From NCBI GenBank assembly GCA_963845065.1, contig CAWJQQ010000009.1, forward strand, positions 1,056,001-1,120,000: a stretch of 64,000 bases of DNA, written 5' to 3'. This stretch comes from Nitrospirota bacterium (GTDB taxonomy: Bacteria; Nitrospirota; UBA9217). The notes below the pieces were generated by a model. That model was not told where the DNA came from, did no database searches, and was given only the letters and a program-made list of their open reading frames with translations. Below are positions 1 to 10,188 of the stretch, piece after piece. Each line of letters starts with the position of its first letter. Position 1 is the stretch's first letter. The position numbers and the translations under genes are program-made.

Positions 1-1672
1 GACTGAAGTAATGATCCAAGCCGTTTATCGACAGTTTCAATATTCGCCTGTAGAATTCAAATACCGGTGTGACGACACTATAGTCCGCGCCGTTTACCTT
101 GAAACGCCAGTCCGAGGAGGTAAGTTCTCCAACTAATTCAACTTCAAAGATATCATTATTGCCTTTGACCACATAACGATGCTTCTGATCCGGCTTGTGA
201 GATAGACCGACTTTTGCAGCCATGGGTTTTAGAGATTCACGGACCAGGTTCTTGCGGTTATGATAAACGATGGTTGCGGCAATGACCATGGCATAAAGCT
301 GCTCCATCGGTGGGTCGATTTTGGCCTTGCCTTCCTCAAAATATTCATCAATGAATCCAGTTGAAAGCTCTCCTTTGATAAAGGCAGGATGGTTGAGAAT
401 GGAGTTTGCAAAATTCACATTGGTGGTCACGCCCTCGATATGGTATCGATTCAGGGCATTGATCAGGGTGGTTCTGGCTTTTTCCCGCGTCTCACCCCAG
501 CTGATCACTTTGGAGAGAAGCGAGTCGTAATACACGCTTATGAAACTGCCGGCCTCTACACCGCTGTCAAGCCTGACATTTCTGCCCTTGAGATTTGAAT
601 ACCGGGTGATCAGTCCGGTCGACGGCAGAAAATTTCGGGCAGAATCCTCAGCGCAAATCCTAGCCTCTATGGACCAGCCTTTGATTGAGACATCCGCCTG
701 CGCGATCGGCAGAGGTTCGCCCGCCGCTACCCTGAGCTGCAGTTCTATGAGGTCAAGGGATGTAACCATCTCGGTGACCGGATGCTCCACCTGAAGCCTT
801 GTATTCATTTCCATGAAGAAAAAGTTTCCATGATCATCCAGGATGAATTCCACTGTTCCTGCATTGGAATACCCCGCCTCCCGGGCCAGCGCACAGGCCA
901 TGTCGCCCATACGGGATCTGAGTTTCGCATCAACCACCGGGGAGGGCGCCTCTTCGATCACCTTCTGGTAGCGCCGCTGGATTGAGCATTCCCGTTCTCC
1001 AAGAGAGACGACGTTTCCATGCTGGTCAGCAATGATCTGGATCTCAATATGGCGGGGAGTGCTGACAAATCGCTCCAGAAAGATCCTGTTGTCGCCAAAT
1101 GCCTTGCGGGTCTCGTCCTGAGCCGACTGAAGGGCGGATTCAAGTTCATCAGGCCCGGCAACCTTGCGCATACCCCGGCCGCCGCCTCCGGCAGCCGGCT
1201 TGAGCAGAACAGGATACCCGATTTGAGCGGCAATCGCCTTGATTTCTTCAAGTTCGACAACAGGCCGGTTGTGACCGGGCACCACCGGCACCCCCGCTTT
1301 CATAGCGATATCTTTGGCGGAAATTTTATCTCCGAGAGCGGCGATTACCTCCGCTGAAGGCCCGATAAATGTCAACCCCGCCTTGACCACAGCTGCGGAA
1401 AATTTTGAATTCTCCGAAAGAAACCCATAACCCGGATGAATGGCCTGGCAACCCTGCGCAATCGCAGCCTTGATGATATTTTCATACACAAGATACGAGG
1501 AAGAAGAAGGCGATGGTCCGATATGAACAGCCTCGTCAGCCTCCCGGACATAGAGTGAGCGTGCGTCAATATCAGAATATACAGCCACAGTCTTTACGTT
1601 CAGCTTCCTGCAGGTCCTGATTATACGGATTGCAATCTCACCACGGTTTGCTATAAGAATTTTTTCAAACAT
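1..1672 (-). CDS. pccA: Propionyl/acetyl-CoA carboxylase alpha chain (biotin carboxylase), partial; continues past the left window edge
   Basis: Not in the ORF track. Manual translation from ATG 1672 gives MFEKILIANRGEIAIRIIRTCRKL...EADEAVHIGP...IHPGYGFLSEN, the biotin carboxylase N-terminus. Lies downstream of pccB. Only the 5' part was frame-checked base by base. Confidence 0.9.
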   Translation of the reverse strand, partial: MFEKILIANRGEIAIRIIRTCRKLNVKTVAVYSDIDARSLYVREADEAVHIGPSPSSSSYLVYENIIKAAIAQGCQAIHPGYGFLSENSKFSAAVVKAGLTFIGPSAEVIAALGDKISAKDIAMKAGVPVVPGHNRPVVELEEIKAIAAQIGYPVLLKPAAGGGGRGMRKVAGPDELESALQSAQDETRKAFGDNRIFLERFVSTPRHIEIQIIADQHGNVVSLGERECSIQRRYQKVIEEAPSPVVDAKLRSRMGDMACALAREAGYSNAGTVEFILDDHGNFFFMEMNTRLQVEHPVTEMVTSLDLIELQLRVAAGEPLPIAQADVSIKGWSIEARICAEDSARNFLPSTGLITRYSNLKGRNVRLDSGVEAGSFISVYYDSLLSKVISWGETREKARTTLINALNRYHIEGVTTNVNFANSILNHPAFIKGELSTGFIDEYFEEGKAKIDPPMEQLYAMVIAATIVYHNRKNLVRESLKPMAAKVGLSHKPDQKHRYVVKGNNDIFEVELVGELTSSDWRFKVNGADYSVVTPVFEFYRRILKLSINGLDHYFS

Positions 1673-1729
1673 AGTGACCCCTTAAATGTAATATCACTAT
1701 TCTCTCCAGAGCGTATCGCAACTCACGTA

Positions 1730-3283
1730 TCACAATGGAATATTCCCGTGTTTCCTCTGCGGCCGCATTGTCTGCTTGTTTTCCAGAAACTGGAGGCTAC
1801 GGATCAGCCGGTGCCTTGTATCACGCGGATTGATGACGTCGTCGATGAATCCTCTCTTGGCTGCCATGAAGGGATTGGCGTACGTTTGCCGGTATTCTTC
1901 TGTTTTCCGGGCGAGCATCTCTTCGGGGTTGCCGGCCTCGTCAATCTCCTTGCGGTAAATGATCTGCGCTGCGGCTTTGGGGCCAAGCACGGCGATTTCC
2001 GCTGCGGGCCAGGCAAAATTTATATCGCAGCCGATGTGCTTGGAATTCATGACTACGTATGCGCCGCCATATGCTTTCCGGATAATGACCGTTATCCGCG
2101 GCACCGTAGCTTCTGAAAAAGCATAGAGCAGCTTTGCTCCGTGCCGAATGATGCCGCCGTGCTCCTGCACCGGACCAGGCATAAAACCTGGGACGTCCTC
2201 AAGGCAGACGAGCGGGATATTGAAGGCATCGCAGAAACGGACAAAGCGGGCGGCTTTTTCAGAAGCCTGGACGTCAATGACACCAGCAAGCACTGCGGGC
2301 TGATTGGCGATGAGACCGATGGCCTGTCCGCCGAGACGGCCGAAACCCACAATGATGTTCCGTGCAAAATGGGGATGGATCTCCAGAAATTCCGCCCCGT
2401 CCAGAATGCTGGTGATGAGAATCTTCATATCATAGGTCTGGTTTGGATTTGCCGGGACCAGATAATCCAATGCTGGGTCGGTGCGCTCAGCCGGGTCCCT
2501 CAGATCAAGGATCGGCGCCTGCTGACGATTGTTTGAAGGCAGATAATTGATCAGCCGCCTCACCTCCCGCAGGCACAGAATGTCATTGGGTAATGCGAAA
2601 TGGGCCACGCCGCTCTTTTTGCTGTGCACCATCGTCCCGCCCAGTTCTTCTGCTGTGATGTCCTGGTGGGTGACAGTCTTGACCACATTGGGTCCCGTGA
2701 CAAACATGTATGAGGTGTTTTCGACCATGAAGGTAAAATCCGTTATGGCAGGGCTGTAGACCGCACCACCGGCGCAGGGGCCCATAATGCACGATATCTG
2801 CGGCACCACCCCGCTTGCCTGGACATTGCGATGGAAAATCCCTCCATACGCTGCTAGCGATTCAACCCCTTCCTGGATGCGCGCACCGCCGGAATCATTC
2901 AGGCCGATGATGGGCGCACCGACTCGCACGGCATGATCCATTACCTTGCAGACCTTCTGAGAATGGGCCTCCCCCAGCGATCCTCCCATGATGGTGAAAT
3001 CCTGGCTGAAAATGAAGACTTCGCGGCCGTCAATGGTGCCGTGTCCGGTGATCACGCCATCTCCTGGAAACTCACCGATCCCGGCATTCAGGCCCGCTCT
3101 TCCGGCCATCAGAAGATCGAATTCTTCAAATGAACCCTCATCAAGGAGAAGATCGATACGCTCCCGCGCGGTGAGCTTTCCCTTCCTGTGCTGGGCATCG
3201 ACTCTCTTTGCACCTCCCCCAAGAAAAGCCTCCTCTTTCATGGATTCAAGCTTTATCAGATTATCCTGTCCAGACTGTTGCAT
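1730..3283 (-). CDS. pccB: Propionyl-CoA carboxylase beta chain (carboxyltransferase)
   Basis: 517 aa with KGKLTARERIDLLLDEGSF, DSGGARIQEG, GPCAGGAVYSPA, RKAYGGAY and a KHGNIPL C-terminus; sits in a mutase/epimerase cluster. Confidence 0.93.
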   Translation of the reverse strand: MQQSGQDNLIKLESMKEEAFLGGGAKRVDAQHRKGKLTARERIDLLLDEGSFEEFDLLMAGRAGLNAGIGEFPGDGVITGHGTIDGREVFIFSQDFTIMGGSLGEAHSQKVCKVMDHAVRVGAPIIGLNDSGGARIQEGVESLAAYGGIFHRNVQASGVVPQISCIMGPCAGGAVYSPAITDFTFMVENTSYMFVTGPNVVKTVTHQDITAEELGGTMVHSKKSGVAHFALPNDILCLREVRRLINYLPSNNRQQAPILDLRDPAERTDPALDYLVPANPNQTYDMKILITSILDGAEFLEIHPHFARNIIVGFGRLGGQAIGLIANQPAVLAGVIDVQASEKAARFVRFCDAFNIPLVCLEDVPGFMPGPVQEHGGIIRHGAKLLYAFSEATVPRITVIIRKAYGGAYVVMNSKHIGCDINFAWPAAEIAVLGPKAAAQIIYRKEIDEAGNPEEMLARKTEEYRQTYANPFMAAKRGFIDDVINPRDTRHRLIRSLQFLENKQTMRPQRKHGNIPL

Positions 3284-3384
3284 GGTAACACCTCACCGGA
3301 AAAGGTCCTATTAACGGAACTCAGTGAGCAGAACAGCTATATTATATACGCCAGCTCTTTAAAATAGCATTTTCTACCCTACAC

Positions 3385-4768
3385 CACTCTTGTCCAAAAT
3401 AGGTTTTGAAAAAAAATCCGATCTGGGTAATATAGTCGTTGCGAGCAACAATAAAACCCAGACCGGAGGAAAGCATGAATAATTTTACCAGTATCTTTAG
3501 TCAAATTCTATCTCTTTTTACACGCATTGACTTTGGAAAAGCTGTGAAGGAAACGAAAGCGGAGCGAAGAGCAAAAGGATTTACGTGTTGGGGACAATTC
3601 GTATCCATGTTGTTTTGCCAGTTAGGAAGAGCGCACTCGTTAAGGGAGATTACTGGTGGACGGCGGAGTTGTGAGGGCAAGTTGCAACATTTGGGGATAA
3701 CGGTGCCGAGCCGTTCCACGCTTGCCTATGCCAATGAGCATCGGCCCTGGGAACTGTATTAGCATGTCTTCTTTTCTTTGATGCCGCGGTGTCGCGACCA
3801 GAAACTCTGGAAAAAGAAGTTTCGGTTCAAAAATAAGCTGATGAGCCTTGATTCCTCGACGATCGATTTGTGTTTGTAGATGTATGACTGGGCGAAGTTC
3901 CGCCGCACGAAGGGTGCGATAAAGCTTCATCTCGTATTGGACTATGACGGCTATCTTCCGTCCTATCGGTCATTACCGATGGGAAGGTTTCCGACGTGAA
4001 AGTGGCTCATCTACTGGAGTTTGATCCTGGCACGATCGTAGTGGATGATCGGGGCTACAATGATTACGAACTATTTGAAAAATGGACCGGCAGGGTGTTT
4101 TCTTTGTGACTCGTATGAAGGCTAACGCCGTCTATGCAGTTGTGGAGAAACGGAAAGTTCCGGAGAACAGGAATATCCTCAGGGACGATGTAATCCGTTT
4201 GACGGGGCTCAAGGCTGCCGAAAAGTGTCCCTCTTTGCTTCGTCGCATTGAACTGTATGATCCAGAAAAAGATTAGGTTTTCGTTTTTCTAACGAACCAT
4301 TTGGCGTTGGGCGCTACAATAATCTGCGTCATATATAAGGATCGCTGGCAAATCGAATTGTTTTTCAAGGCGCTCAAACAGAACCTGAAGATTAAGACCT
4401 TTGTCGGAACCAGCGCCATTGCGGTGAAGATTCAGATTTGGACAGCGCTTATCTCAATACTCATTCTCCGCTATTTGCAATTACAATCCAAATTTGGCTG
4501 GTCTCTCTCCAACTTGGTGGCGTTATTACGCATGAATCTCTTTACCCATGGAATTGTGGGCTTGGTTGGATAAACCCTTTGACGTGTTGCCGGAATCGTA
4601 CGTGCAAGAGAAGCTTCAATTTTTTGACTTCTCTTGATTTGGACAGCATGACGGGCATTATGGAGAGTTCCAAAGGGAACCTGATTCAGAAAGTGCATAT
4701 TTGCTTGTCTAAAATCCGCATCAATAGCGTGGTGGATGGTTGATCTCAGGCTATTTTAGACAGCAATG
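3385..4768 (+). mobile_element. IS4-family insertion sequence, 1384 bp, inactive
   Basis: Imperfect 18-bp terminal inverted repeats CACTCTTGTCCAAAATAG (3385-3402) and CTATTTTAGACAGCAATG (4751-4768); 9-bp target duplication ACCCTACAC at 3376-3384 and 4769-4777. Confidence 0.88.
3475..4640 (+). pseudogene. IS4-family DDE transposase (DUF4372-type N-terminus) with several stops and frameshifts
   Basis: Fragments WGQFVSMLFCQLGRAHSLREI, LDSSTIDL, VDDRGYNDY, FFVTRMK and IYKDRWQIELFFKALKQNLKIKTFVGTS are spread over separate ORFs; end coordinate approximate. Confidence 0.88.
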
Positions 4769-4878
4769 ACCCTACACCCATCCTTTATCTCAATGCGCCG
4801 TAAGACCCCGGCCGTCAGGCCGGGGATATAAGGCGCTTGTAGCGAAGCACACAAGGAATTGCTGTCCCTGATCAGACA

Positions 4879-4907
4879 TTGACAAAAGTTCACCTGCCTG
4901 GTATAAT
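4879..4907 (+). promoter_or_regulatory. Consensus sigma70 promoter of tnpB
   Basis: TTGACA (4879-4884), 17 bp, TATAAT (4902-4907) with extended TG. Confidence 0.8.
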
Positions 4908-4914
4908 TTTTACT

Positions 4915-6240
4915 ATGACTGATCGAGCAAAAGAGCCCGATGTACAAACAATGACTGTCGTTGGTAAAGTATTGGTAACGGACGACAGCACTGCTCTGTC
5001 GCTCGGGCTGCTCGGTTTTTCTGCAACGAAGCTTTGGAACACCGCTGTGTGGCATACCAGGAACGTCTGGATGGCCACGGGGAAAATACTCACCTACCCC
5101 GAGCTTGATATCGCTCTTAAACAAGAGCATCCGCTCTGGTATCGCCGGCTGCACTCCCAGAGCTCTCAGGCAATCCTGGAAGAGCTTCGGCAGTCCTATC
5201 AATCATGGTTTGCGCTCCGTAAGAAAGGCGATAAGAAAGCCAACCCCCCTGGTTTCAGGCGAAAAGCCGATCTGTCAACGGTGATATTCAAACAAAGAGC
5301 CGTCACGTGGAATGAGCGTACCTCCACGGTGCGCCTCAGCATCCCGAAGGACATCTACGGCAAACAATTTCTCTTTCTGAAGCTCCGCATTCCTAACGGC
5401 ACACGTCTTACCGAGGACAATGTCCAGATAGGCCGTCTGGTACATGATAAAGGCATGTGGTTTGTCCACCTGGTCTATAAGATAACGCTCCCCGTATTGA
5501 AAGGAGAAGTGGAAACGATGGCACTTGACTTGGGTATGAAGTATCTGGCCGCCACGGCATGCACGGATGGAAGCACCTCCCTTTGGTCAGGTGGTGAGTT
5601 GGCCGCTCTCGAGCGGTACTTTGAAATGCAAAAGTCAAAGACGACCAACAGCAAGTCCCGGAAATCAGGTGCGTTGAACCAGAAACGGTCTCGTCAGCGT
5701 TCCCACCTGCTCCACAGCTTTATCAAATCCCTTGTCCGCGATGCAGAAGCTCGCGGTGTCTCCACGATCATCGTGGGGGACCTGAAGGACATCAGAGAAG
5801 GCAAAGATTGGGGAAAGAGCGGAAACCAGCAGTTCCATAAATGGCCGTTTGACCGGATCGTCAGGATGCTTACGTACAAAGCCAGGCTCAAAGGCATCCG
5901 CGTTGTAGAAGAAAAGGAGCACTACACGAGCCAGACCTGCTGTGTATGCAACACAAGGGATAAGGCCAGCCGTGTGCATCGTGGCCTCTACGTTTGCAAG
6001 CATTGCGGTGCCGTAATCCATGCTGACGTGAACGGAGCAATCAACATTCTCAAAAAGTATCTCCCGGAGCAACTAGGTGTCTCCTGGAGTAGTGGCTGTT
6101 TGGCACAGCCTTCGGTCAACCGGTTCGCCTGGAGAAATACCAGGCCAGCAGCATCAGCCCATGAACCGGGGACGTGGCAAACATCTCTGCCGCATCCGAA
6201 AACAGAATCAGCAGTGGCACTCAGTAGTATGAGAGCCTGA
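4915..6240 (+). CDS. tnpB: RNA-guided endonuclease TnpB
   Basis: KLWN helix, RuvC-I ALDLG, YTSQTCCVC...YVCKHCG zinc finger, RuvC-III HADVNGAINI. Start moved to ATG 4915 because the track's TTG start is the -35 box. Confidence 0.92.
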   Translation: MTDRAKEPDVQTMTVVGKVLVTDDSTALSLGLLGFSATKLWNTAVWHTRNVWMATGKILTYPELDIALKQEHPLWYRRLHSQSSQAILEELRQSYQSWFALRKKGDKKANPPGFRRKADLSTVIFKQRAVTWNERTSTVRLSIPKDIYGKQFLFLKLRIPNGTRLTEDNVQIGRLVHDKGMWFVHLVYKITLPVLKGEVETMALDLGMKYLAATACTDGSTSLWSGGELAALERYFEMQKSKTTNSKSRKSGALNQKRSRQRSHLLHSFIKSLVRDAEARGVSTIIVGDLKDIREGKDWGKSGNQQFHKWPFDRIVRMLTYKARLKGIRVVEEKEHYTSQTCCVCNTRDKASRVHRGLYVCKHCGAVIHADVNGAINILKKYLPEQLGVSWSSGCLAQPSVNRFAWRNTRPAASAHEPGTWQTSLPHPKTESAVALSSMRA

Positions 6241-6275
6241 TTCGGGAATCCCCGTCCGTGAGGCCGGGGAGGATG

Positions 6276-7265
6276 TCAATTGCCGTTTTTGGGATACAAA
6301 AAGGCAAGAAGGCTGTCGGCGGCTGCAGTCGGCGAAGTCTTTTGTTCTTCCACGTCTCTTCTTAACGTTGGTAAGGCCTCGCGGACATGGGGGCTGGCGT
6401 AGAACCATTGTCGTAATCCTTCATCAAGAAGAAAGGCCATCCAGTCGAGGGCTTGGGTTTTTCTTTTTTTCGCCATTTCGCCGCTGATAGTCAATTTTTC
6501 GCGATGGTCCAGGATAGTCTCCCAGATTTTATCAATTCCTGTGCCTTCAACAGCGCTGCAGGTAAGAACTGGGGGGCTCCAATTCGGGCTGTTGGCCATA
6601 AGCATTTGCAAAGCTGTCTGATACTCCTTCTGAGCTATCTCAGCCCGCAACAGATTGTCTCCGTCGGCTTTATTGATGACAATAGCGTCAGCCATTTCAA
6701 GCACGCCTTTTTTTATTCCTTGAAGTTCGTCTCCCGCTCCGGCAATCATCAGCACCAGAAAAAAATCGACCATGGAGGCGACGGTGGTCTCTGATTGACC
6801 AACGCCAACCGTTTCGATTATCACAACATCATAGCCAGCGGCTTCGCAGACGAGCATGGTTTCTCGGGTTTTTCTGCCGACACCGCCGAGAGTTCCACTT
6901 GATGGGGACGGGCGAATAAAGGCGTTTGGGTCAACCGCCAGTCGTCTCATGCGAGTTTTGTCACCCAGAATACTGCCGCCGCTGCGGCTGCTGCTTGGGT
7001 CGATGGCAAGGACGGCAACCCGGTGTCCAAGATCTGTGAGCATTGTCCCAAACCTTTCGATATAGGTACTCTTTCCAGCACCGGGAACGCCGGTTATGCC
7101 AATGCGAATGCCGTGACCAGTATAAGGAAGAAGTCTGTCAATTATGGTTCGGGCAAGCTCTTGATGGGTCGGAAGAGTGCTTTCGATAAGGGTGATGGTC
7201 CTGGCGAGTGTCAGACGATCACGATTAAGAACTCCTGTCACATAGTGCTGGGGATCATTTAACAT
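6276..7265 (-). CDS. meaB: Methylmalonyl-CoA mutase-associated GTPase MeaB/ArgK
   Basis: RIGITGVPGAGKST P-loop, DPSS...GGSILGDKTRM, ETVGVGQSE, GAGDELQGIKKG, NKAD. Confidence 0.96.
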   Translation of the reverse strand: MLNDPQHYVTGVLNRDRLTLARTITLIESTLPTHQELARTIIDRLLPYTGHGIRIGITGVPGAGKSTYIERFGTMLTDLGHRVAVLAIDPSSSRSGGSILGDKTRMRRLAVDPNAFIRPSPSSGTLGGVGRKTRETMLVCEAAGYDVVIIETVGVGQSETTVASMVDFFLVLMIAGAGDELQGIKKGVLEMADAIVINKADGDNLLRAEIAQKEYQTALQMLMANSPNWSPPVLTCSAVEGTGIDKIWETILDHREKLTISGEMAKKRKTQALDWMAFLLDEGLRQWFYASPHVREALPTLRRDVEEQKTSPTAAADSLLAFLYPKNGN

Positions 7266-7416
7266 TGAACATGGATCCTGGTTGGTAGGCCATTGTCTGC
7301 TAATAGGCTTCTCTTAAAAAAGCCACAGAAAGAAAGGCACGAGGTGAAAGGGGCAGCAAAATAAAAAATATCTTGGACAGTTTTAAAGATGGCTGGTCCT
7401 CCCACCAGAGTGAAAA

Positions 7417-7463
7417 TCCATGACAGACTTTGCGGCAGGAAAGGCCGCAAAGTCTGTCATGGA
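7417..7463 (-). terminator. 20-bp perfect hairpin downstream of the mutase gene (terminator or mRNA-stabilising stem)
   Basis: TCCATGACAGACTTTGCGGC-7 nt-GCCGCAAAGTCTGTCATGGA, followed by TTTT on the minus strand. Confidence 0.6.
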
Positions 7464-7477
7464 AAGTATACATTATA

Positions 7478-9613
7478 TTAAAGATATTTTTCCAGCAAGG
7501 CAAGAGTTTTATCGGCAGATTCGGGGATAGGTGTACCTGGCCCAAAAATGGCCTTTACGCCGGCTTTATAGAGGAAATCATAATCCCTAGGAGGTATAAC
7601 ACCCCCGGCAACAACGATAATTCCGCCACCGCCGATTTTTTTCAGTTCTTCAATCAGGGCAGGAATAAGCGACTTGTGCCCGGCCGCAAGAGTTGAGGCG
7701 CCAACGACATGGACGTCGTTTTCAATAGCCATTTTCGCCGCCTCCTCAGGCGTCTGGAACATCGGGCTGATGTCAACATCGAAGCCGAGGTCGGCATAGG
7801 CGCTGGCAATAACCTTGAAGCCGCGATCATGACCGTCCTGACCCATCTTGGTAACCAGGATGCGTGGGCGTCGGCCCTGTTTTTCAAGGAACACATTTGT
7901 TCGTTGTTTTATCGCCGTGATAGCATTGTTGTCACCTATGTATTCCGACGAGTAGGCGCCGGAGATACAACGGGTCGTGGCGACGTAGCGGCCAAACACC
8001 GATTCCATGGCATCAGAAATTTCACCCACAGTAGCTCTTGCCCGAACCGCAGGTAGTGCTGCCTCCAACAAGTTGCCGACGTTTTTCGCGGCTTTGGTCA
8101 GATCTGCAAGGGCTCTTTCGACTGCCACCTTGTCGCGGCTGGCCTTGATTTCTTTAATGCGGGTAATCTGTTCATCGCGAACGGAAGCCGGTACTTCCCG
8201 GACTTCGAAATCAATTTTCTCGTTGGCAATCTTGTATTTGTTGACACCGACTATCACATCAAGGCCTTGATCGATACGAGCCTGTTTTCTTGCCGCCGAT
8301 TCCTCGATACGCATTTTTGGCATACCGCTTTCGATGGCTTTGGCCATTCCACCTAGTTCTTCGATTTCATCGATTATTTTTTGAGATTCATTGATGATGC
8401 TGTTGGTCAGTGATTCGAGATAGTATGAACCACCCAGGGGATCAATGACATGACAGATCTGCGATTCTTCCTGGATGATGATCTGGGTATTGCGGGCAAT
8501 GCGGGCGGAGAAATCAGTTGGCAGACCGATAGCTTCATCAAAGGAATTGGTATGCAGGGACTGGGTACCGCCAAGCGCAGCGGTCATGGCTTCGAGAGTG
8601 GTACGAATGATGTTGTTGTGCGGATCCTGCTCGGTGAGACTCCACCCCGACGTCTGGCAGTGGGTACGGAGCATGGAAGATTTGGCATCTTTGGGGTTAA
8701 ACTGGCTCATTAACCGATACCAGAGGAATCTGGCTGCTCGCAACATGGCAATATCCATAAAGAAATTCATGCCGATGCCGAAAAAGAAAGAAAGCCTTGG
8801 GGCAAAGGTGTCAACATCCATACCGCTCTTCAATGCCGCTTTCACATATTCGACACCATCAGCTAAGGTAAAGGCTGCCTGCAGAACGCTATTGGCGCCT
8901 GCTTCCATCATATGGTAGCCGCTGATGCTGATCGTATTGTATTTGGGCATCTCCTTGGAACAATAGGCAATGATATCGGAGATAATACGCATCGATGGGA
9001 TGGGTGGGTAGATATAGGTGTTGCGGGTAAGATACTCTTTGAGGATGTCGTTTTGTATCGTGCCTTCCAGTTTGTCGTGGGCAACACCCTGTTCTTCGGC
9101 GGCGACAATATACCCGGCGAGTATCGGAATAACCGCACCATTCATGGTCATTGATACCGACATCTGGTCAAGAGGAATGCCGTTGAAAAGAATTTTCATA
9201 TCTTCAACGGAATCTATGGCAACACCCGCCTTGCCGATATCGCCGGCAACCCGTGGATGGTCGGAATCATAGCCCCTGTGGGTAGCCAAATCGAAGGCGA
9301 CCGACAGACCTTTTTGCCCGGCGGCCAGCGCCTTATGGTAAAAGGCATTCGATTCTTTGGCGGTTGAGAAACCGGCATACTGACGAATGGTCCACGGTCG
9401 CCCGGTATACATGGTGGCCATAGGGCCTCGGACATACGGAGCCATTCCAGGGAGGGTATTAGCTGATTCCATGCCCTCCAGATCTTCGGCGGTATATAGA
9501 GGTTTGACCTTAATACCTTCCGGGGTCATCCAGGAAAGTGTCTCTACGGATTTGCCCTTCATTTGCTTTTCAGCAATTTCTATCCATTTTGGTAGTTGTG
9601 GATGTTGTGCCAT
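7478..9613 (-). CDS. scpA: Methylmalonyl-CoA mutase (B12-dependent, single chain)
   Basis: [44 protein letters not shown] and the B12-binding motif [10 protein letters not shown]. Confidence 0.97.
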   Translation of the reverse strand: MAQHPQLPKWIEIAEKQMKGKSVETLSWMTPEGIKVKPLYTAEDLEGMESANTLPGMAPYVRGPMATMYTGRPWTIRQYAGFSTAKESNAFYHKALAAGQKGLSVAFDLATHRGYDSDHPRVAGDIGKAGVAIDSVEDMKILFNGIPLDQMSVSMTMNGAVIPILAGYIVAAEEQGVAHDKLEGTIQNDILKEYLTRNTYIYPPIPSMRIISDIIAYCSKEMPKYNTISISGYHMMEAGANSVLQAAFTLADGVEYVKAALKSGMDVDTFAPRLSFFFGIGMNFFMDIAMLRAARFLWYRLMSQFNPKDAKSSMLRTHCQTSGWSLTEQDPHNNIIRTTLEAMTAALGGTQSLHTNSFDEAIGLPTDFSARIARNTQIIIQEESQICHVIDPLGGSYYLESLTNSIINESQKIIDEIEELGGMAKAIESGMPKMRIEESAARKQARIDQGLDVIVGVNKYKIANEKIDFEVREVPASVRDEQITRIKEIKASRDKVAVERALADLTKAAKNVGNLLEAALPAVRARATVGEISDAMESVFGRYVATTRCISGAYSSEYIGDNNAITAIKQRTNVFLEKQGRRPRILVTKMGQDGHDRGFKVIASAYADLGFDVDISPMFQTPEEAAKMAIENDVHVVGASTLAAGHKSLIPALIEELKKIGGGGIIVVAGGVIPPRDYDFLYKAGVKAIFGPGTPIPESADKTLALLEKYL

Positions 9614-9638
9614 TTGTTACTCCTTGTCAGAGGGTGTG

Positions 9639-10040
9639 TCAACGCTCACAAAGTTCAACCAGGACACCTCCGGTGGCCTTGGGGTGCAGGAAGGCAATCC
9701 TGGCGCCACCAGCACCGATTCGCGGTTGCTGGTCGATGAGTTCAATACCTTTTTCCCTAAGTTCATTTAAAGCATCTTCGATATTTGCTACTCGAAAAGC
9801 GACATGCTGAAACCCGGTGCCTTTCTTTTCAATGAATTTTGCCACCGGTCCATCGGGTGAGGTTGACTCAAGAAGTTCCACTTCACTGTCACCGACTGGG
9901 AAAAATGCTGTGGTCACTTTTTGGGTTTCTACCGTTTCAGAGCCTTCGAGCCTCAGTCCGAGAACGTCGGACCAAAAGTTTTTTCCGTCAGCAATACTGT
10001 TGACAGCTATTCCCAGATGGTCGATTTTAAGTATTTCCAT
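9639..10040 (-). CDS. mce: Methylmalonyl-CoA epimerase
   Basis: KIDHLGIAV, EVELLE, FLHPKATGGVLVELCE. Confidence 0.95.
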   Translation of the reverse strand: MEILKIDHLGIAVNSIADGKNFWSDVLGLRLEGSETVETQKVTTAFFPVGDSEVELLESTSPDGPVAKFIEKKGTGFQHVAFRVANIEDALNELREKGIELIDQQPRIGAGGARIAFLHPKATGGVLVELCER

Positions 10041-10188
10041 TGTGTACCTCCAAGGCGTCAGAGTCTTGTGCTATCTTACTACCATGCTTAAAAAGCAATT
10101 TTTTATCAACCAATCATTTGATCAGATCCTGCGAGCTTTCTGTGTGTCACAGGCGCTTCGAAAAGACGCAACGATCTTCTCCACAAAA

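Larger units (their letters stand above)
4789..6279 (+). mobile_element. TnpB-only IS200/IS605-family element (IS1341-like)
   Basis: TTTAT target motif at 4784-4788; left hairpin CCCCGGCC-GTCA-GGCCGGGG (4806-4825); right hairpin (6250-6269); terminal TCAA (6276-6279). The mini-copy at 40492-40538 confirms the boundaries. Confidence 0.9.

Noticed and set aside
229..1569. Short ORF-track entries in the first 1.6 kb
   Set aside because: Shadow frames of pccA, which the track missed because it runs off the window
4879..4914. ORF-track TTG start for tnpB (and TTG 37741 for tnpA)
   Set aside because: These codons coincide with -35 promoter boxes, so downstream ATGs are preferred
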